Assembly (NCBI GenBank): GCA_964016885.1 | Contig: OZ024743.1 | Location: 134,106,001-134,170,000, forward strand | DNA length: 64,000 nucleotides | Origin: Eledone cirrhosa | Taxonomy: Eukaryota | Direction: 5' to 3' | In this document: piece by piece, positions 47,601-61,300 of the stretch | Layout of the letters: every line of letters begins with the position of its first letter | How positions within the stretch are numbered: position 1 is the first letter of the stretch | Notes under the pieces: model-generated | What the model was told of the DNA's origin: nothing | The model's input: only the letters and a program-made list of their open reading frames with translations | The model's database searches: none | Position numbers and translations under genes: made by a program

Positions 47601-50600
47601 TTTCTGCTTGGTGCTTGGTGCTTGGTGTTTGGTGCTGGGTGCTTGGTGCTTGGTGTTTGGTGTTATATGCTTGGTGTTTGATGCTTGGTGCTTGGTGCTT
47701 GGTGTTTGGTGTTTGGTGCTTGGTGTTTGATGCTTGGTGCTTGGTGCTTGGTGTTTGGTGTTTGGTGATGGGTGTTTGGTGCTTGGTGCTTGGTGTTTGG
47801 TGCTTGGTGTTTGGTGCTTGGTGTTTGGTGCTTGGTGCTTGGTGCTTGGTGCTTGGTGTTTGGTGTTTGGTGCTTGGTGTTTGGTGCTTGGTACTTGGTG
47901 CTTGGTGCTTGGTGTTAGGTGTTTGGTGCTTGGTGCTTGGTGTCTGGTTTTTGGTGCTTGGTGCTTGGTGTTTGGTGCTTGCTGCTGGCTGCTTGGTGTT
48001 TGGTGCTTGGTGATTGGTGCTTGGTGTTTGGTGTTTGGTGCTAGGTGCTTGGTGTTTGGTGCTTGGTGCTTGGTGTTTCGTGCTTGGTGCTTGGTGTTTG
48101 GTGCTTGGTGTTTGGTGCTTGGTGTTTGGTGCTTGGTGCTTGGTGCTTGGTGTTTGGTGCTTGGTGTTTGGTGCTTGGTGTTAGGTGTTTGGTGCTTGGT
48201 GCTTGGTGTTTGGTGTTTGGTGCTTGGTGTTTGGTGTTTGGTGTTATATGCTTGGTGTTTGATGCTTGGTGCTTGGTGCTTGGTGTTTGGTGCTTGGTGT
48301 TTGATGCTTGGTGCTTGGTGCTTGGTGTTTGGTGCTTGGTGCTTGGTGTTTGTACTTGGTGCTTGGTGCTTGGTTCTTGGTGTTTGGTTCTTGGTGTTTG
48401 GTGTTTGGTGCTTGGTGTTTGGTGTTTGGTGTTATATGCTTGGTGTTTGATGCTTGGTGCTTGGTGCTTGGTGTTTGGTGCTTGGTGTTTGATGCTTGGT
48501 GCTTGGTGCTTGGTGGTTGGTGCTTGGTGCTTGGTGTTTGTACTTGGTGCTTGGTGCTTGGTTCTTGGTGTTTGGTGCTTGCTGCTTGGTGTTTGGTGCT
48601 TGGTGCTTGGTGTTTGGTGCTTGGTGTTTGGTGCTTGGTGTTTGGTGCTTGGTGCTTGGTGCTTAGTGCTTGGTGTTTGGTGCTTGGTGTTAGGTGTTTG
48701 GTGCTTGGTGCTTGGTGTTTGGTGTTTGGTGCTTGGTGTTTGGTGCTTGGTGTTTGGTGTTAGGTGTTTGGTGCTTGGTGTTTGGTGTTTGGTTCTTGGT
48801 GTTTGGTCCTTGGTGTTTGGTGCTGGGTGCTTTGTGTTTTGTGCTTGGTGCTTGGTGTTTGGTGTTTGCTGCTTGGTGTTTGATGCTTGGTGCTTGGTGC
48901 TTGGTGTTTTGTTTTTGGTGCTTGGTTCTTGGTGTTTGGTGCTTGGTGCTTGGTACTTGGTGTTTGTACTTGGTGCTTGGTGCTTGGTGTTTGGTTCTTG
49001 GTTCTTGGTGTTTGGTACTTGGTGCTTGGTGCTTGATGTTTGGTGTTTGGTGCTTGGTGTTTGGTGCTTGGTGTTTGGTGTTAGGTGTTTGGTGCTTGGT
49101 GTTTGGTGTTTGGTTCTTGGTGTTTGGTGCTTGGTGTTTGGTGCTTGGTGTTTGGTGCTTGGTACTTGGTGCTTGGTGCTTCGTGTTAGGTGTTTGGTGC
49201 TTGGTGCTTGGTGTTTGGTTTTTGGTGCTTGGTGCTTGGTGTTTGGTGTTTGGTGCTTGCTGCTGGCTGCTTGGTGTTTGATGCTTGGTGATTGGTGCTT
49301 GGTGTTTTGTGCTTGGTGTTTGGTGTTTGGTGCTAGGTGCTTGGTGTTTGGTGCTTGGTGCTTGGTGCTTGGTGTTTGGTGTTTGGTTTTAGGTGCTTGG
49401 TGCTTGGTGTTTGGTGCTTGGTGCTGGGTGGTTGGTGTTTAGTGCTTGGTGTTTGGTGCTGGGTGCTTGGTGTTTGGTGCTTGGTGCTTGGTCTTTGGTG
49501 CTTGGTGTTTGGTGTGTGGTGCTTAGTGCTTGGTGCTTGGTGTTTGGTGCTTGGTGCTTGGTGTTTGGTGCTTGGTGCTTAGTGTTTGGTGCTTGGTGCT
49601 TAGTGTTTGGTGTTTGGTGCTTGGTGCTTGGTGTTTGGTGCTTACTGTTTGGTGCTTGGTGCTTGGTGTTTGGTGTTTGCTGTTTGCTGTTTGGTGTTTG
49701 TTGTTTGGTGTTTGTTGTTTGGTGTTTGCTGTTTGGTGTTTGGTGTTTGCTTTTTGGTGTTTGGTGTTTGCTGTATGTTGTTTGGTGTTTGGTGTTTGGT
49801 GTTTGGTGTTTGGTGCTTGTTGCTTGGTGTTTGGTGCTTGGTGCTTGGTGTTTGGTGCCTGGTGCTTGGTGCTAGGTGCTTGGTGTTTGGTGTTTTGTGC
49901 TTGGTGCTTGGAGTTTGGTGTTTGGTGCTTGGTGCTTGGTGTTTCGTGTTTCGTGTTTGGTTTTTGGTGCTTGGTGCTTGGTGCTTGGTCCTTGGTGTTT
50001 GGTGCTGGGTGCATTGTGTTTGGTGCTTGGTGCTTGGTGCTTGGTGTTTGGTGTTTGCTGCTTGGTGTTTGATGCTTGGTGCTTGGTGGTTGGTGTTTTG
50101 TGTTTGTTGCTTGGTGCTTGGTGTTTGGTGCTTGGTGCTTGGTGCTTGGTGTTTGTACTTGGTGCTTGGTGATTGGTGTTTGGTTCTTGGTTCTTGGTGT
50201 TTGGTGTTTGGCGTTTGGTGTTTGGTGCTTGGTGCTTGGTGTTTGGTTCTTGGTGCTTGGTGTTTGGTGCCTGGTGCTTGGTGCTTGGTGCTTGGTGTTT
50301 GGTGTTTGTTGCTTGGTGCTTGGTGCTTGGAGTTTGGTGTTTGGTGCTTGGTGCTTTGTGTTTTGTGTTTGGTGTTTGGTTTTTGGTGCTTGGTGCTTGG
50401 TCCTTGGTGTTTGGTGCTGGGTGCTTTGTGTTTTGTGCTTGGTGCTTGGTGTTTGGTGTTTGCTGCTTGGTGTTTGATGCTTGGTGCTTGGTGCTTGGTG
50501 TTTTGTTTTTGGTGCTTGGTTCTTGGTGTTTGGTGCTTGGTGCTTGGTACTTGGTGTTTGTACTTGGTGCTTGGTGCTTGGTGTTTGGTTCTTGGTTCTT

Positions 50601-51350
50601 GGTGTTTGGTACTTGGTGCTTGGTGCTTGATGTTTGGTGTTTGGTGCTTGGTGTTTGGTGCTTGGTACTTGGTGCTTGGTGCTTGGTGTTAGGTGTTTGG
50701 TGCTTGGTGCTTGGTGTTTGGTTTTTGGTGCTTGGTGCTTGGTGTTTGGTGTTTGGTGCTTGCTGCTGGCTGCTTGGTGTTTGATGCTTGGTGATTGGTG
50801 CTTGGTGTTTTGTGCTTGGTGTTTGGTGTTTGGTGCTAGGTGCTTGGTGTTTGGTGCTTGGTGCTTGGTGCTTGGTGTTTGGTGTTTGGTGTTAGGTGCT
50901 TGATGCTTGGTGTTTGGTGCTTGGTGCTGGGTGGTTGGTGTTTAGTGCTTGGTGTTTGGTGCTGGGTGCTTGGTGTTTGGTGCTTGGTGCTTGGTCTTTG
51001 GTGCTTGGTGTTTGGTGTTTGGTGCTTGGTGCTTGGTGCTTGGTGTTTGGTGCTTGGTGCTTGGTGTTTGGTGCTTGGTGCTTAGTGTTTGGTGCTTGGT
51101 GCCTAGTGTTTGGTGCTAGGTGCTTGGTGTTTGGTGCTTGGTGCTTGGTGTGTGGTGCCTGGTGCTTGGTGTTTGGTGTTTGGTGTTTGGTGCTTGGTGC
51201 TTGGTGTTTGGTGTTTGCTGTTTGCTGTTTGGTGTTTGTTGTTTGGTGTTTGTTGTTTGGTGTTTGCTGTTTGGTGCTTGGTGTTTGCTTTTTGGTGTTT
51301 GGTGTTTGCTGTATGTTGTTTGCTGTTTGGTGTTTGGTGTTTGGTGTTTG
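44700..51350. repeat. Duplication at ~4452-4508-bp offset; ~44700..46840 matches ~49150..51350
   Basis: ORF pairs 44885/49337, 44941/49393, 45155/49607, 45624/50076 and 45721/50173 are offset by 4452, and 46332/50840 by 4508. The rare marker CTTACTGTTT is shared at ~45189 and ~49641. Confidence 0.87.
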
Positions 51351-53879
51351 GTGCTTGGTGCTTGGTGTTTGGTGCTTGGTGCTTGGTGTTTGGTGCCTGG
51401 TGCTTGGTGCTTGGTGCTTGGTGTTTGGTGTTTGGTGCTTGGTGCTTGGAGTTTGGTGTTTGGTGCTTGGTGCTTGGTGTTTCGTGTTTCGTGTTTGGTT
51501 TTTGGTGCTTGGTGCTTGGTGCTTGGTCCTTGGTGTTTGGTGCTGGGTGCATTGTGTTTGGTGCTTGGTGCTTGGTGCTTGGTGTTTGGTGTTTGCTGCT
51601 TGGTGTTTGATGCTTGGTGCTTGGTGCTTGGTGTTTTGTGTTTGGTGCTTGGTGCTTGGTGTTTGTACTTGGTGCTTGGTGTTTGGTTCTTGGTTCTTGG
51701 TGTTTGGTGTTTGGCGTTTGGTGTTTGTTGCTTGGTGCTTGGTGTTTGGTGCTTGGTGCTTGGTGTTTGGTGCCTGGTGCTTGGTGCTTGGTGCTTGGTG
51801 TTTGGTGTTTGGTGCTTGGTGCTTGGTGCTTGGAGTTTGGTGTTTGGTGCTTGGTGCTTTGTGTTTTGTGTTTGGTGTTTGGTTTTTGGTGCTTGGTGCT
51901 TGGTCCTTGGTGTTTGGTGCTGGGTGTTTGTGTTTGGTGCTTGGTGCTTGGTGCTTGGTGTTTTGTGTTTGGTGCTTGGTGTTTATACTTGGTGCTTGGT
52001 GCTTGGTGTTTGGTTCTTGGTTCTTGGTGTTTGGTACTTGGTGCTTGGTGCTTGATGTTTGGTGTTTAGTGCTTGGTGTTTGGTGCTTGGTGCTTGGTGC
52101 TTGGTGTTAGGTGTTTGGTGCTTGGTCCTTGGTGTTTGGTGCTTGGTGTTTGGTGTTTGCTGTTTGGTGTTTGGTGTTTGGTGTTTGCTGTTTGGTGTCT
52201 GCTTTTTGGTGTTCAGTGTTTGCTGTATGGTGTTTGGTGTTTGCTGTTTGGTGTTTGGTCTTTGGTGCTTGGTGTTTGGTGCTTGGTGCTTGGTGTTTGG
52301 TGTTTGGTGTTTGGTGTTTGGTGCTTGGTGTTTGGTGTTTGGTGCTTGGTGTTTGGTGTTTGGTGCTTGGTGTCTGGTGCTTGGTGTTTGGTTTTTGGTG
52401 CTTGGTGTTTGGTGTTTGGTGTTTGGTGTTTGGTGTTTAGTGCTTGGTGCTTGGTGTTTGGTGTTTCGTGTTTGGTGCTTGGTGTCTGGTGCTTGGTGTT
52501 TGGTGTTTGGTGTTTGGTGTTTGGTGTTTGGTGTTTGGTGCTTGGTGCTTGGTGCGTGGTGTTTGGTGTTTGGCTCTTGGTGTTTGGTGCTTGGTGCTGG
52601 GTGGTTGGTGTTTGGTGCTTGGTGTTTGGTGTTTGGTGTTTGATGCTTGGTGCTTGGTGTTTGGTGATTGGTGCTTGGTGCTTGGTGCTTGGTGCTTGGT
52701 GTTTGGTGCTTGGTGCTTGGTGTTTGGTGCTTGGTGCTTGGTGTTTGGTTTTTGGTGCTTGGTGTTTGGTGTTTGGTGTTTGGTGCTTGCTGCTGGCTGC
52801 TTGGTGTTTGATGCATGGTGATTTGTGCTTGGTGATTGGTGTTTGTACTTGGTGCTTGGTGCTTGGTTCTTGGTGTTTGGTGCTTGGTGCTTGGTGTTTG
52901 GTGTTATATGCTTGGTGTTTGATGCTTGGTGCTTGGTGCTTGGTGTTTGGTGTTTGGTGTTTGATGCTTGGTGCTTGGTGTTTGGTGCTTGGTGCTTGGT
53001 GTTTGTACTTGGTGCTTGGTGCTTGGTGCTTGGTGTTTGGTGCTTGGTGTTTGGTGCTTGGTGCTTGGTGCTTGGTCCTTGGTGCTTGGTGTTTGGTGGT
53101 TGGTGTTTGGTGGTTGGTGTTAGGTGTTTGGTGCTTGGTGCTTGGTGTTTGGTGTTTGGTGCTTGGTGTTTGGTGTTTGGTGCTTGGTGTTTGGTGCTTG
53201 GTACTTGGTGCTTGGTGCTTGGTGTTAGGTGTTTGGTGCTTGGTGTTTGGTGCTTGGTGTTTGGTGCTTGGTGCTTGGTGCTTGGTGCTTGGTGTTTGGT
53301 GGTTGGTGTTTGGTGCTTGGTGTTTGGTGCTTGGTGTTACGTGTTTGGTGCTTGGTGCTTGGTGTTTGGTGTTTGGTGCTTGGTGTTTGGTGTTTGGTGC
53401 TTGGTGTTTGGTGCTTTTTGCTTGGTGCTTGGTGCTTGGTGTTTGGTGCTGGGTGCTTGGTGCTTGGTGTTTGGTGTTATATGCTTGGTGTTTGATGCTT
53501 GGTGCTTGGTGCTTGGTGTTTGGTGTTTGGTGCTTGGTGTTTGATGCTTGGTGCTTGGTGCTTGGTGTTTGGTGCTTGGTGCTTGGTGTTTGGTGCTTGG
53601 TGCTTGGTGTTTGGTGCTTGGTGTTTGGTGCTTGGTGTTAGGTGTTTGGTGCTTGGTGCTTGGTGTTTGGTGTTTGGTGCTTGGTGTTTTGTGTTTGGTG
53701 CTTGGTGTTTGGTGCTTGGTACTTGGTGCTTGGTGCTTGGTGTTAGGTGTTTGGTGCTTGGTGTTTGGTGCTTGGTGTTTGGTGGTTGGTGTTTGGTGCT
53801 TGGTGTTAGGTGTTTGGTGCTTGGTGCTTGGTGTTTGGTGTTTGGTGCTTGGTGTTTGGTGTTTGGTGCTTGGTGTTTG

Positions 53880-55330
53880 GTGTCTGGTTTTTGGTGTTTG
53901 GTGCTTGGTGATTGGTGCTTGGTGTTTGGTGCTTGGTGTTTGGTGTTTGGTGCTAGGTGCTTGGTGTTTGGTGCTTGGTGCTTGGTGTTTGTACTTGGTG
54001 CTTGGTGCTTGGTTCTTGGTGTTTGGTGCTTGGTGCTTGGTGTTTGGTGCTTGGTGCTTGGTGTTTGGTGCTTGGTGTTTGGTGCTTGGTGTTTGGTGCT
54101 TGGTGCTTGGTGCTTGGTGTTTGGTGCTTGGTGTTTGATGCTTGGTGTTAGGTGTTTGGTGCTTGGTGCTTGGTGTTAGGTGTTTGGTGCTTGGTATTTG
54201 GTGCTTGGTGTTTGGTGCTTGGTGCTTGGTGCTTGGTGCTTGGTGTTTGGTGGTTGGTGTTTGGTGCTTGGTGTTAGGTGTTTGGTGCTTGGTGCTTGGT
54301 GTTTGGTGTTTGGTGCTTGGTGTTTGGTGTTTGGTGCTTGGTGTTTGGTGCTTTTTGCTTGGTGCTTGGTGCTTGGTGTTTGGTGCTTGGTTCTTGGTGT
54401 TTGGTGCTGGGTGCTTGGTGTTTGGTGTTTGGTGTTATATGCTTGGTGTTTGATGCTTGATGCTTGGTGCTTGGTGTTTGGTGTTTGGTGCTTGGTGTTT
54501 GGTGCTTGGTGCTTGGTGTTTGGTGCTTGGTGCTTGGTGCTTGGTGTTTGGTGCTTGGTGCTTGGTGTTAGGTGTTTGGTGCTTGGTGCTTGGTGTTTGG
54601 TGTTTGGTGCTTGGTGTTTGGTGTTTGGTGTTTGGTGTTTGGTGCTTGGTACTTGGTGCTTGGTGCTTGGTGTTAGGTGTTTGGTGCTTGGTGTTTGGTG
54701 TCTGGTTTTTGGTGCTTGGTGCTTGGTGTTTGGTGCTTGCTGCTGGCTGCTTGGTGTTTGGTGCTTGGTGATTGGTGCTTGGTGTTTGGTGCTTGGTGTT
54801 TGGTGTTTGGTGCTAGGTGCTTGGTGTTTGGTGCTTGGTGCTTGGTGTTTGTACTTGGTGCTTGGTGCTTGGTTCTTGGTGTTTGGTGCTTGGTGCTTGG
54901 TGTTTGGTGCTTGGTGCTTGGTGTTTGGTGCTTGGTGTTTGGTGCTTGGTGTTTGGTGCTTGGTGCTTGGTGCTTGGTGTTTGGTGCTTGGTGTTTGGTG
55001 CTTGGTGTTAGGTGTTTGGTGCTTGGTGCTTGGTGCTTGGTGTTTGGTGCTTGGTGCTTGGTGCTTGGTGCTTGGTGTTTGGTGGATGGTGTTTGGTGCT
55101 TGGTGTTAGGTGTTTGGTGCTTGGTGCTTGGTGTTTGGTGTTTGGTGCTTGGTGTTTGGTGTTTGGTGCTTGGTGTTTGGTGCTTTTTGCTTGGTGCTTG
55201 GTGCTTGGTGTTTGGTGCTTGGTGCTTGGTGTTTGGTGCTGGGTGCTTGGTGTTTGGTGTTTGGTGTTATATGCTTGGTGTTTGATGCTTGGTGCTTGGT
55301 GCTTGGTGTTTGGTGTTTGGTGCTTGGTGT
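53880..55330. repeat. Local imperfect tandem duplication, period ~830-860 bp
   Basis: ORF pairs 53957..54151 and 54817..55011 are offset by 860, and 54278/55110 by 832. Both copies have the same marker order GTGATTGG, GCTAGG, TTGTAC, GCTTTTTGC, TTATATGC. Confidence 0.75.
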
Positions 55331-58300
55331 TTGATGCTTGGTGCTTGGTGCTTGGTGTTTGGTGCTTGGTGCTTGGTGTTTGGTGCTTGGTGCTTGGTGT
55401 TTGGTGCTTGGTGTTTGGTGCTTGGTGTTTGGTGCTTGGTGCTTGGTGCTTGGTGCTTGGTGTTTGGTGGTTGGTGCTTGGTGCTTGGTGTTAGGTGTTT
55501 GGTGCTTGGTGCTTGGTGTTTGGTGTTTGGTGCTTGGTGTTTGGTGTTTGGTGCTTGGTGTTTGGTGCTTGGTACTTGGTGCTTGGTGCTTGGTGTTAGG
55601 TGTTTGGTGCTTGGTGTTTGGTGTCTGGTTTTTGGTGCTTGGTGCTTGGTGCTTAGTGTTTGGTGCTTGGTGCTTAGTGTTTGGTGCTAGGTGCTTGGTG
55701 TTTGGTGCTTGGTGCTTGGTGTTTGGTGCCTGGTGCTTGGTGTTTGGTGTTTGGTGTTTGGTGCTTGGTGCTTGGTGTTTGGTGTTTGCTGTTTGCTGTT
55801 TGTTGTTTGGTGTTTGCTGTTTGGTGTTTGGTGTTTGCTTTTTGGTGCTTGGTGTTTGATGCTTGGTGCTTGGTGCTTGGTGTTTGGTGCTTGGTGCTTG
55901 GTGTTTGGTGTTTGGTGCTTGGTGCTTGGTGTTTGGTGCTTGCTGCTGGCTGCTTGGTGTTTGGTGCTTGGTGATTGGTGCTTGGTGTTTGGTGCTTTGT
56001 GTTTGGTGTTTGGTGCTAGGTGCTTGGTGTTTGGTGCTTGGTGCTTGGTGTTTGTACTTGGTGCTTGGTGCTTGGTTCTTGGTGTTTGGTGCTTGGTGCT
56101 TGGTGTTTGGTGCTTGGTGTTTGGTGCTTGGTGTTTGGTGTTTGGTGCTTGGTGCTTGGTGTTTGGTGCTTGGTGTTTGGTGCTTGGTGTTAGGTGTTTG
56201 GTGCTTGGTGCTTGGTGTTTGGTGTTTGGTGCTTGGCGTTTGGTGTTTGGTGTTATATGCTTGGTGTTTGATGCTTGGTGCTTGGTGCTTGGTGTTTGGT
56301 GCTTGGTGTTTGATGCTTGGTGCTTGGTGCTTGGTGTTTTGTGCTTGGTGCTTGGTGTTTGTACTTGGTGCTTGGTGCTTGGTTCTTGGTGTTTGGTGCT
56401 TGGTGCTTGGTGTTTGGTGTTTGGTGCTTGGTGTTTGGTGCTTGGTGTTTGGTGCTTGGTGCTTGGTGCTTAGTGCTTGGTGTTTGGTGCTTGGTGTTAG
56501 GTGTTTGGTGCTTGGTGCTTGGTGTTTGGTGTTTGGTGCTTGGTGTTTGGTGCTTGGTGTTTGGTGTTAGGTGTTTGGTGCTAGGTGTTTGGTGTTTGGT
56601 GCTTGGTGTTTGGTGCTTGGTGTTTGGTGCTTGGTGTTTGGTGCTTGGTACTTGGTGCTTGGTGCTTGGTGTTAGGTGTTTGGTGCTTGGTGCTTGGTGT
56701 TTGGTTTTTGGTGCTTGGTGCTTGGTGTTTGGTGTTTGGGGCTTGCTGCTGGCTGCTTGGTGTTTGATGCTTGGTGATTGGTGCTTGGTGTTTTGTGCTT
56801 GGTGTTTGGTGTTTGGTGTTTGGTGCTAGGTGCTTGGTGTTTGGTGCTTGGTGCTTGATGCTTGGTGTTTGGTGCTTGGTGCTGGGTGGTTGGTGTTTAG
56901 TGCTTGGTGTTTGGTGCTGGGTGCTTGGTGTTTGGTGCTTGGTGCTTGGTCTTTGGTGCTTGGTGTTTGGTGTTTGGTGCTTGGTGCTTGGTGCTTGGTG
57001 TTTGGTGCTTGGTGCTTGGTGTTGGTGCTTGGTGCTTAGTGTTTGGTGCTTGGTGCTTAGTGTTTGGTGCTAGGTGCTTGGTGTTTGGTGCTTGGTGCTT
57101 GGTGTTTGGTGCCTGGTGCTTGGTGTTTGGTGTTTGGTGTTTGGTGCTTGGTGCTTGGTGTTTGGTGTTTGCTGTTTGCTGTTTGTTGTTTGGTGTTTGC
57201 TGTTTGGTGTTTGGTGTTTGCTTTTTGGTGTTTGGTGTTTGCTGTATGTTGTTTGCTGTTTGGTGTTTGGTGTTTGCTGTTTGGTGCTTGGTGTTCGGTG
57301 CTTGGTGCTTGGTGTTTGGTGCCTGGTGCTTGGTGCTTGGTGCTTGGTGTTTGGTGTTTGGTGCTTGGTGCTTGGAGTTTGGTGTTTGGTGCTTGGTGCT
57401 TGGTGTTTCGTGTTTCGTGTTTGGTTTTTGGTGCTTGGTGCTTGGTGTTTGGTGTTTGGTTCTTGGTTCTTGGTGTTTGGTGTTTGGCGTTTGGTGTTTG
57501 GTGCTTGGTGCTTGGTGTTTGGTGCTTGGTGCTTGGTGTTTGGTGCCTGGTGCTTGGTGCTTGGTGTTTGGTGTTTGGTGCTTGGTGCTTGGTGCTTGGA
57601 GTTTGGTGTTTGGTGCTTGGTGCTTTGTGTTTTGTGTTTGGTGTTTGGTTTTTGGTGCTTGGTACTTGGTGTTTGTACTTGGTGCTTGGTGTTAGGTGTT
57701 TGGTGCTTGGTCCTTGGTGTTTGGTGCTTGGTGTTTGGTGTTTGCTGTTTGGTGTTTGGTGTTTGGTGTTTGGTGTTTGCTGTTTGGTGTCTGCTTTTTG
57801 GTGTTCAGTGTTTGCTGTATGGTGTTTGGTGTTTGCTGTTTGGTGTTTGGTCTTTGGTCCTTGGTGTTTGGTGCTTGGTGCTTGGTGTTTGGTGTTTGGT
57901 GCTTGGTGCTTGGTGTTTGGTGTTTGGTGCTTGGTGTCTGGTGCTTGGTGTTTGGTTTTTGGTGCTTGGTGTTTGGTGTTTGGTGTTTGGTGTTTGGTGC
58001 TTGGTGCTTGGTGTTTGGTGTTTGGTGCTTGGTGTCTGGTGCTTGGTGTTTGGTGTTTGGTGCTTGGTGTTTGGTGTTTGGTGTTTGGTGCTTGGTGCTT
58101 GGTGCTTGGTGTTTGGTGTTTGGTGCTTGGTGTTTGGTGCTTGGTGCTGGGTGGTTGGTGTTTGGTGCTTGGTGTTTGGTGCTGGGTGCTTGGTGTTTGG
58201 TGCTGGGTGCTTGGTGTTTGGTGCTTGGTGCTTGGTCTTTGGTGCTTGGTGTTTGGTGCTTGGTGCTTGGTGCTTGGCGTTTGGTGGTTGGTGCTTGGTG

Positions 58301-61300
58301 TTTGGTGCTTGGTGCTTGGTGTTTGGTTTTTGGTGCTTGGTGCTTGGTGTTTGGTGTTTGGTGCTTGCTGCTGGCTGCTTGGTGTTTGATGCATGGTGAT
58401 TGGTGCTTGGTGTTTGGTGCTTGGTGTTTGGTGTTTGATGCTTGGTGCTTGGTGCTTGGTGTTTGGTGCTTGGTGCTTGGTGTTTGGTGCTTGGTGCTTG
58501 GTGTTTGGTGCTTGGTGTTTGGTGCTTGGTGTTTGGTGCTTGGTGCTTGGTGCTTGGTGCTTGGTGTTTGGTGGTTGGTGCTTGGTGCTTGGTGTTAGGT
58601 GTTTGGTGCTTGGTGCTTGGTGTTTGGTGTTTGGTGCTTGGTGTTTGGTGTTTGATGCTTGGTGTTTGCTGCTTGGTACTTGGTGCTTGGTGCTTGGTGT
58701 TAGGTGTTTGGTGCTTGGTGCTTGGTGTCTGGTTTTTGGTGCTTGGTGCTTGGTGTTTGGTGTTTGGTGCTTGCTGCTGGCTGCTTGGTGTTTGGTGCTT
58801 GGTGATTGGTGCTTGGTGTTTGGTGTTTGGTGTTTGGTGTTTGGTGCTTGGTGATTGGTGTTTGTACTTGGTGCTTGGTGCTTGGTTCTTGGTGTTTGGT
58901 GCTTGGTGCTTGGTGTTTGGTGTTATATGCTTGGTGTTTGATGCTTGGTGCTTGGTGCTTGGTGCTTGGTGTTTGGTGTTTGGTGTTTGATGCTTGGTGC
59001 TTGGTGTTTGGTGCTTGGTGCTTGGTGTTTGTACTTGGTGCTTGGTGCTTGGTGCTTGGTGTTTGGTGCTTGGTGCTTGGTGCTTGGTCCTTGGTGCTTG
59101 GTGTTTGGTGGTTGGTGTTTGGTGCTTGGTGTTAGGTGTTTGGTGCTTGGTGCTTGGTGTTTGGTGTTTGGTGCTTGGTGTTTGGTGTTTGGTGCTTGGT
59201 ATTTGGTGCTTGGTACTTGGTGCTTGGTGCTTGGTGTTAGGTGTTTGGTGCTTGGTGTTTGGTGCTTGGTGTTTGGTGCTTGGTGCTTGGTGCTTGGTGC
59301 TTGGTGTTTGGTGGTTGGTGTTTGGTGCTTGGTGTTTGGTGCTTGGTGTTAGGTGCTTGGTGATTGGTGCTTGGTGTTTGGTGTTTGGTGCTTGGTGTTT
59401 GGTGTTTGGTGCTTGGTGTTTGGTGCTTTTTGCTTGGTGCTTGGTGCTTGGTGTTTGGTGCTGGGTGCTTGGTGCTTGGTGTTTGGTGTTATATGCTTGG
59501 TGTTTGATGCTTGGTGCTTGGTGCTTGGTGTTTGGTGTTTGGTGCTTGGTGTTTGATGCTTGGTGCTTGGTGCTTGGTGTTTGGTGCTTGGTGCTTGGTG
59601 TTTGGTGCTTGGTGCTTGGTGTTTGGTGCTTGGTGTTAGATGCTTGGTGTTTGGTGCTTGGTGCTTGGTGCTTGGGGCTTGGTGTTTGGTGGTTGGTGCT
59701 TGGTGCTTGGTGTTAGGTGTTTGGTGCTTGGTGCTTGGTGTCTGGTTTTTGGTGCTTGGTGCCTGGTGTTTGGTGCTTGTTGCTGGCTGCTTGGTGTTTG
59801 GTGCTTGGTGATTGGTGCTTGGTGTTTGGTGCTTGGTGTTTGGTGTTTGGTGCTTGGTGTTTGTACTTGGTGTTTGGTGCTTGGTGTTTGGTGCTAGGTG
59901 CTTGGTGTTTGGTGCTTGGTGCTTGGTGTTTGGTGCCTGGTGCTTGGTGTTTGGTGTTTGGTGTTTGGTGCTTGGTGCTTGGTGTTTGGTGTTTGCTGTT
60001 TGCTGTTTGGTGTTTGTTGTTTGGTGTTTGTTGTTTGTTGTTTGCTGTTTGGTGTTTGGTGTTTGCTTTTTGGTGTTTGGTGTTTGATGTATGTTGTTTG
60101 CCGTTTGGTGTTTGGTGTTTGGTGTTTGGTGCTTGGTGCTTGGTGTTTGGTGCTTGGTGCTTGGTGTTTGGTGCCTGGTGCTTGGTGTTTGGTGTTTGGT
60201 GCTTGGTGCTTGGAGTTTGGTGTTTGGTGCTTGGTGCTTGGTGTTTCGTGTTTCATGTTTGGTGCTTGGTGCTTGGTGCTTGGTGTTTGGTGCTTGGTGC
60301 TGGGTGCATTGTGTTTGGTGCTTGGTGCTTGGTGCTTGGTGCTTGGTGTTTGGTGTTTGCTGCTTGGTGTTTGATGCTTGGTGCTTGGTGCTTGGTGTTT
60401 TGTGTTTGGTGCTTGGTGCTTGGTGCTTGGTGTTTGGTGCTTGGTGCTTGGTGCTTGGTGTTTTGTGTTTGGTGCTTGGTGCTTGGTGTTTGGTGCTTGG
60501 TGCTGGGTGGTTGGTGTTTGGTGCTTGGTGTTTGGTGCTGGGTGCTTGGTGTTTGGTGCTGGGTGCTTGGTATTTGGTGCTTGGTGCTTGGTGTTTGGTG
60601 CTTGGTGCTGGGTGGTTGGTGTTTGGTGCTTGGTGTTTGGTGCTGGGTGCTTGGTGTTTGGTGCTGGGTGCTTGGTGTTTGGTGCTTGGTGCTTGGTCTT
60701 TGGTGCTTGGTGTTTGGTGCTTGTTGCTTGGTGCTTGGTGTTTGGTGCTTGGTGCTTGGTGTTTGGTGCTTGGTGCTTGGGGTTTGGTTTTTGGTGCTTG
60801 GTGCTTGGTGTTTGGTGTTTGGTGCTTGCTGCTGGCTGCTTGGTGTTTGATGCATGGTGATTGGTGCTTGGTGTTTGGTGCTTGGTGTTTGGTGTTTGAT
60901 GCTTGGTGCTTGGTGCTTGGTGTTTGGTGCTTGGTGCTTGGTGTTTGGTGCTTGGTGCTTGGTGTTTGGTGCTTGGTGTTTGGTGCTTGGTGTTTGGTGC
61001 TTGGTGTTAGGTGTTTGGTGCTTGGTGCTTGGTGTTTGGTGTTTGGTGCTTGGTGTTTGGTGTTTGGTGCTTGGTGTTTGGTGCTTGGTACTTGGTGCTT
61101 GGTGCTTGGTGTTAGGTGTCTGGTGCTTGGTGCTTGGTGTCTGGTTTTTGGTGCTTGGTGCTTGGTGTTTGGTGTTTGGTGCTTGCTGCTGGCTGCTTGG
61201 TGTTTGGTGCTTGGTGATTGGTGCTTGGTGTTTGGTGCTTGGTGTTTGGTGTTTGGTGCTTGGTGATTGGTGTTTGTACTTGGTGCTTGGTACTTGGTTC

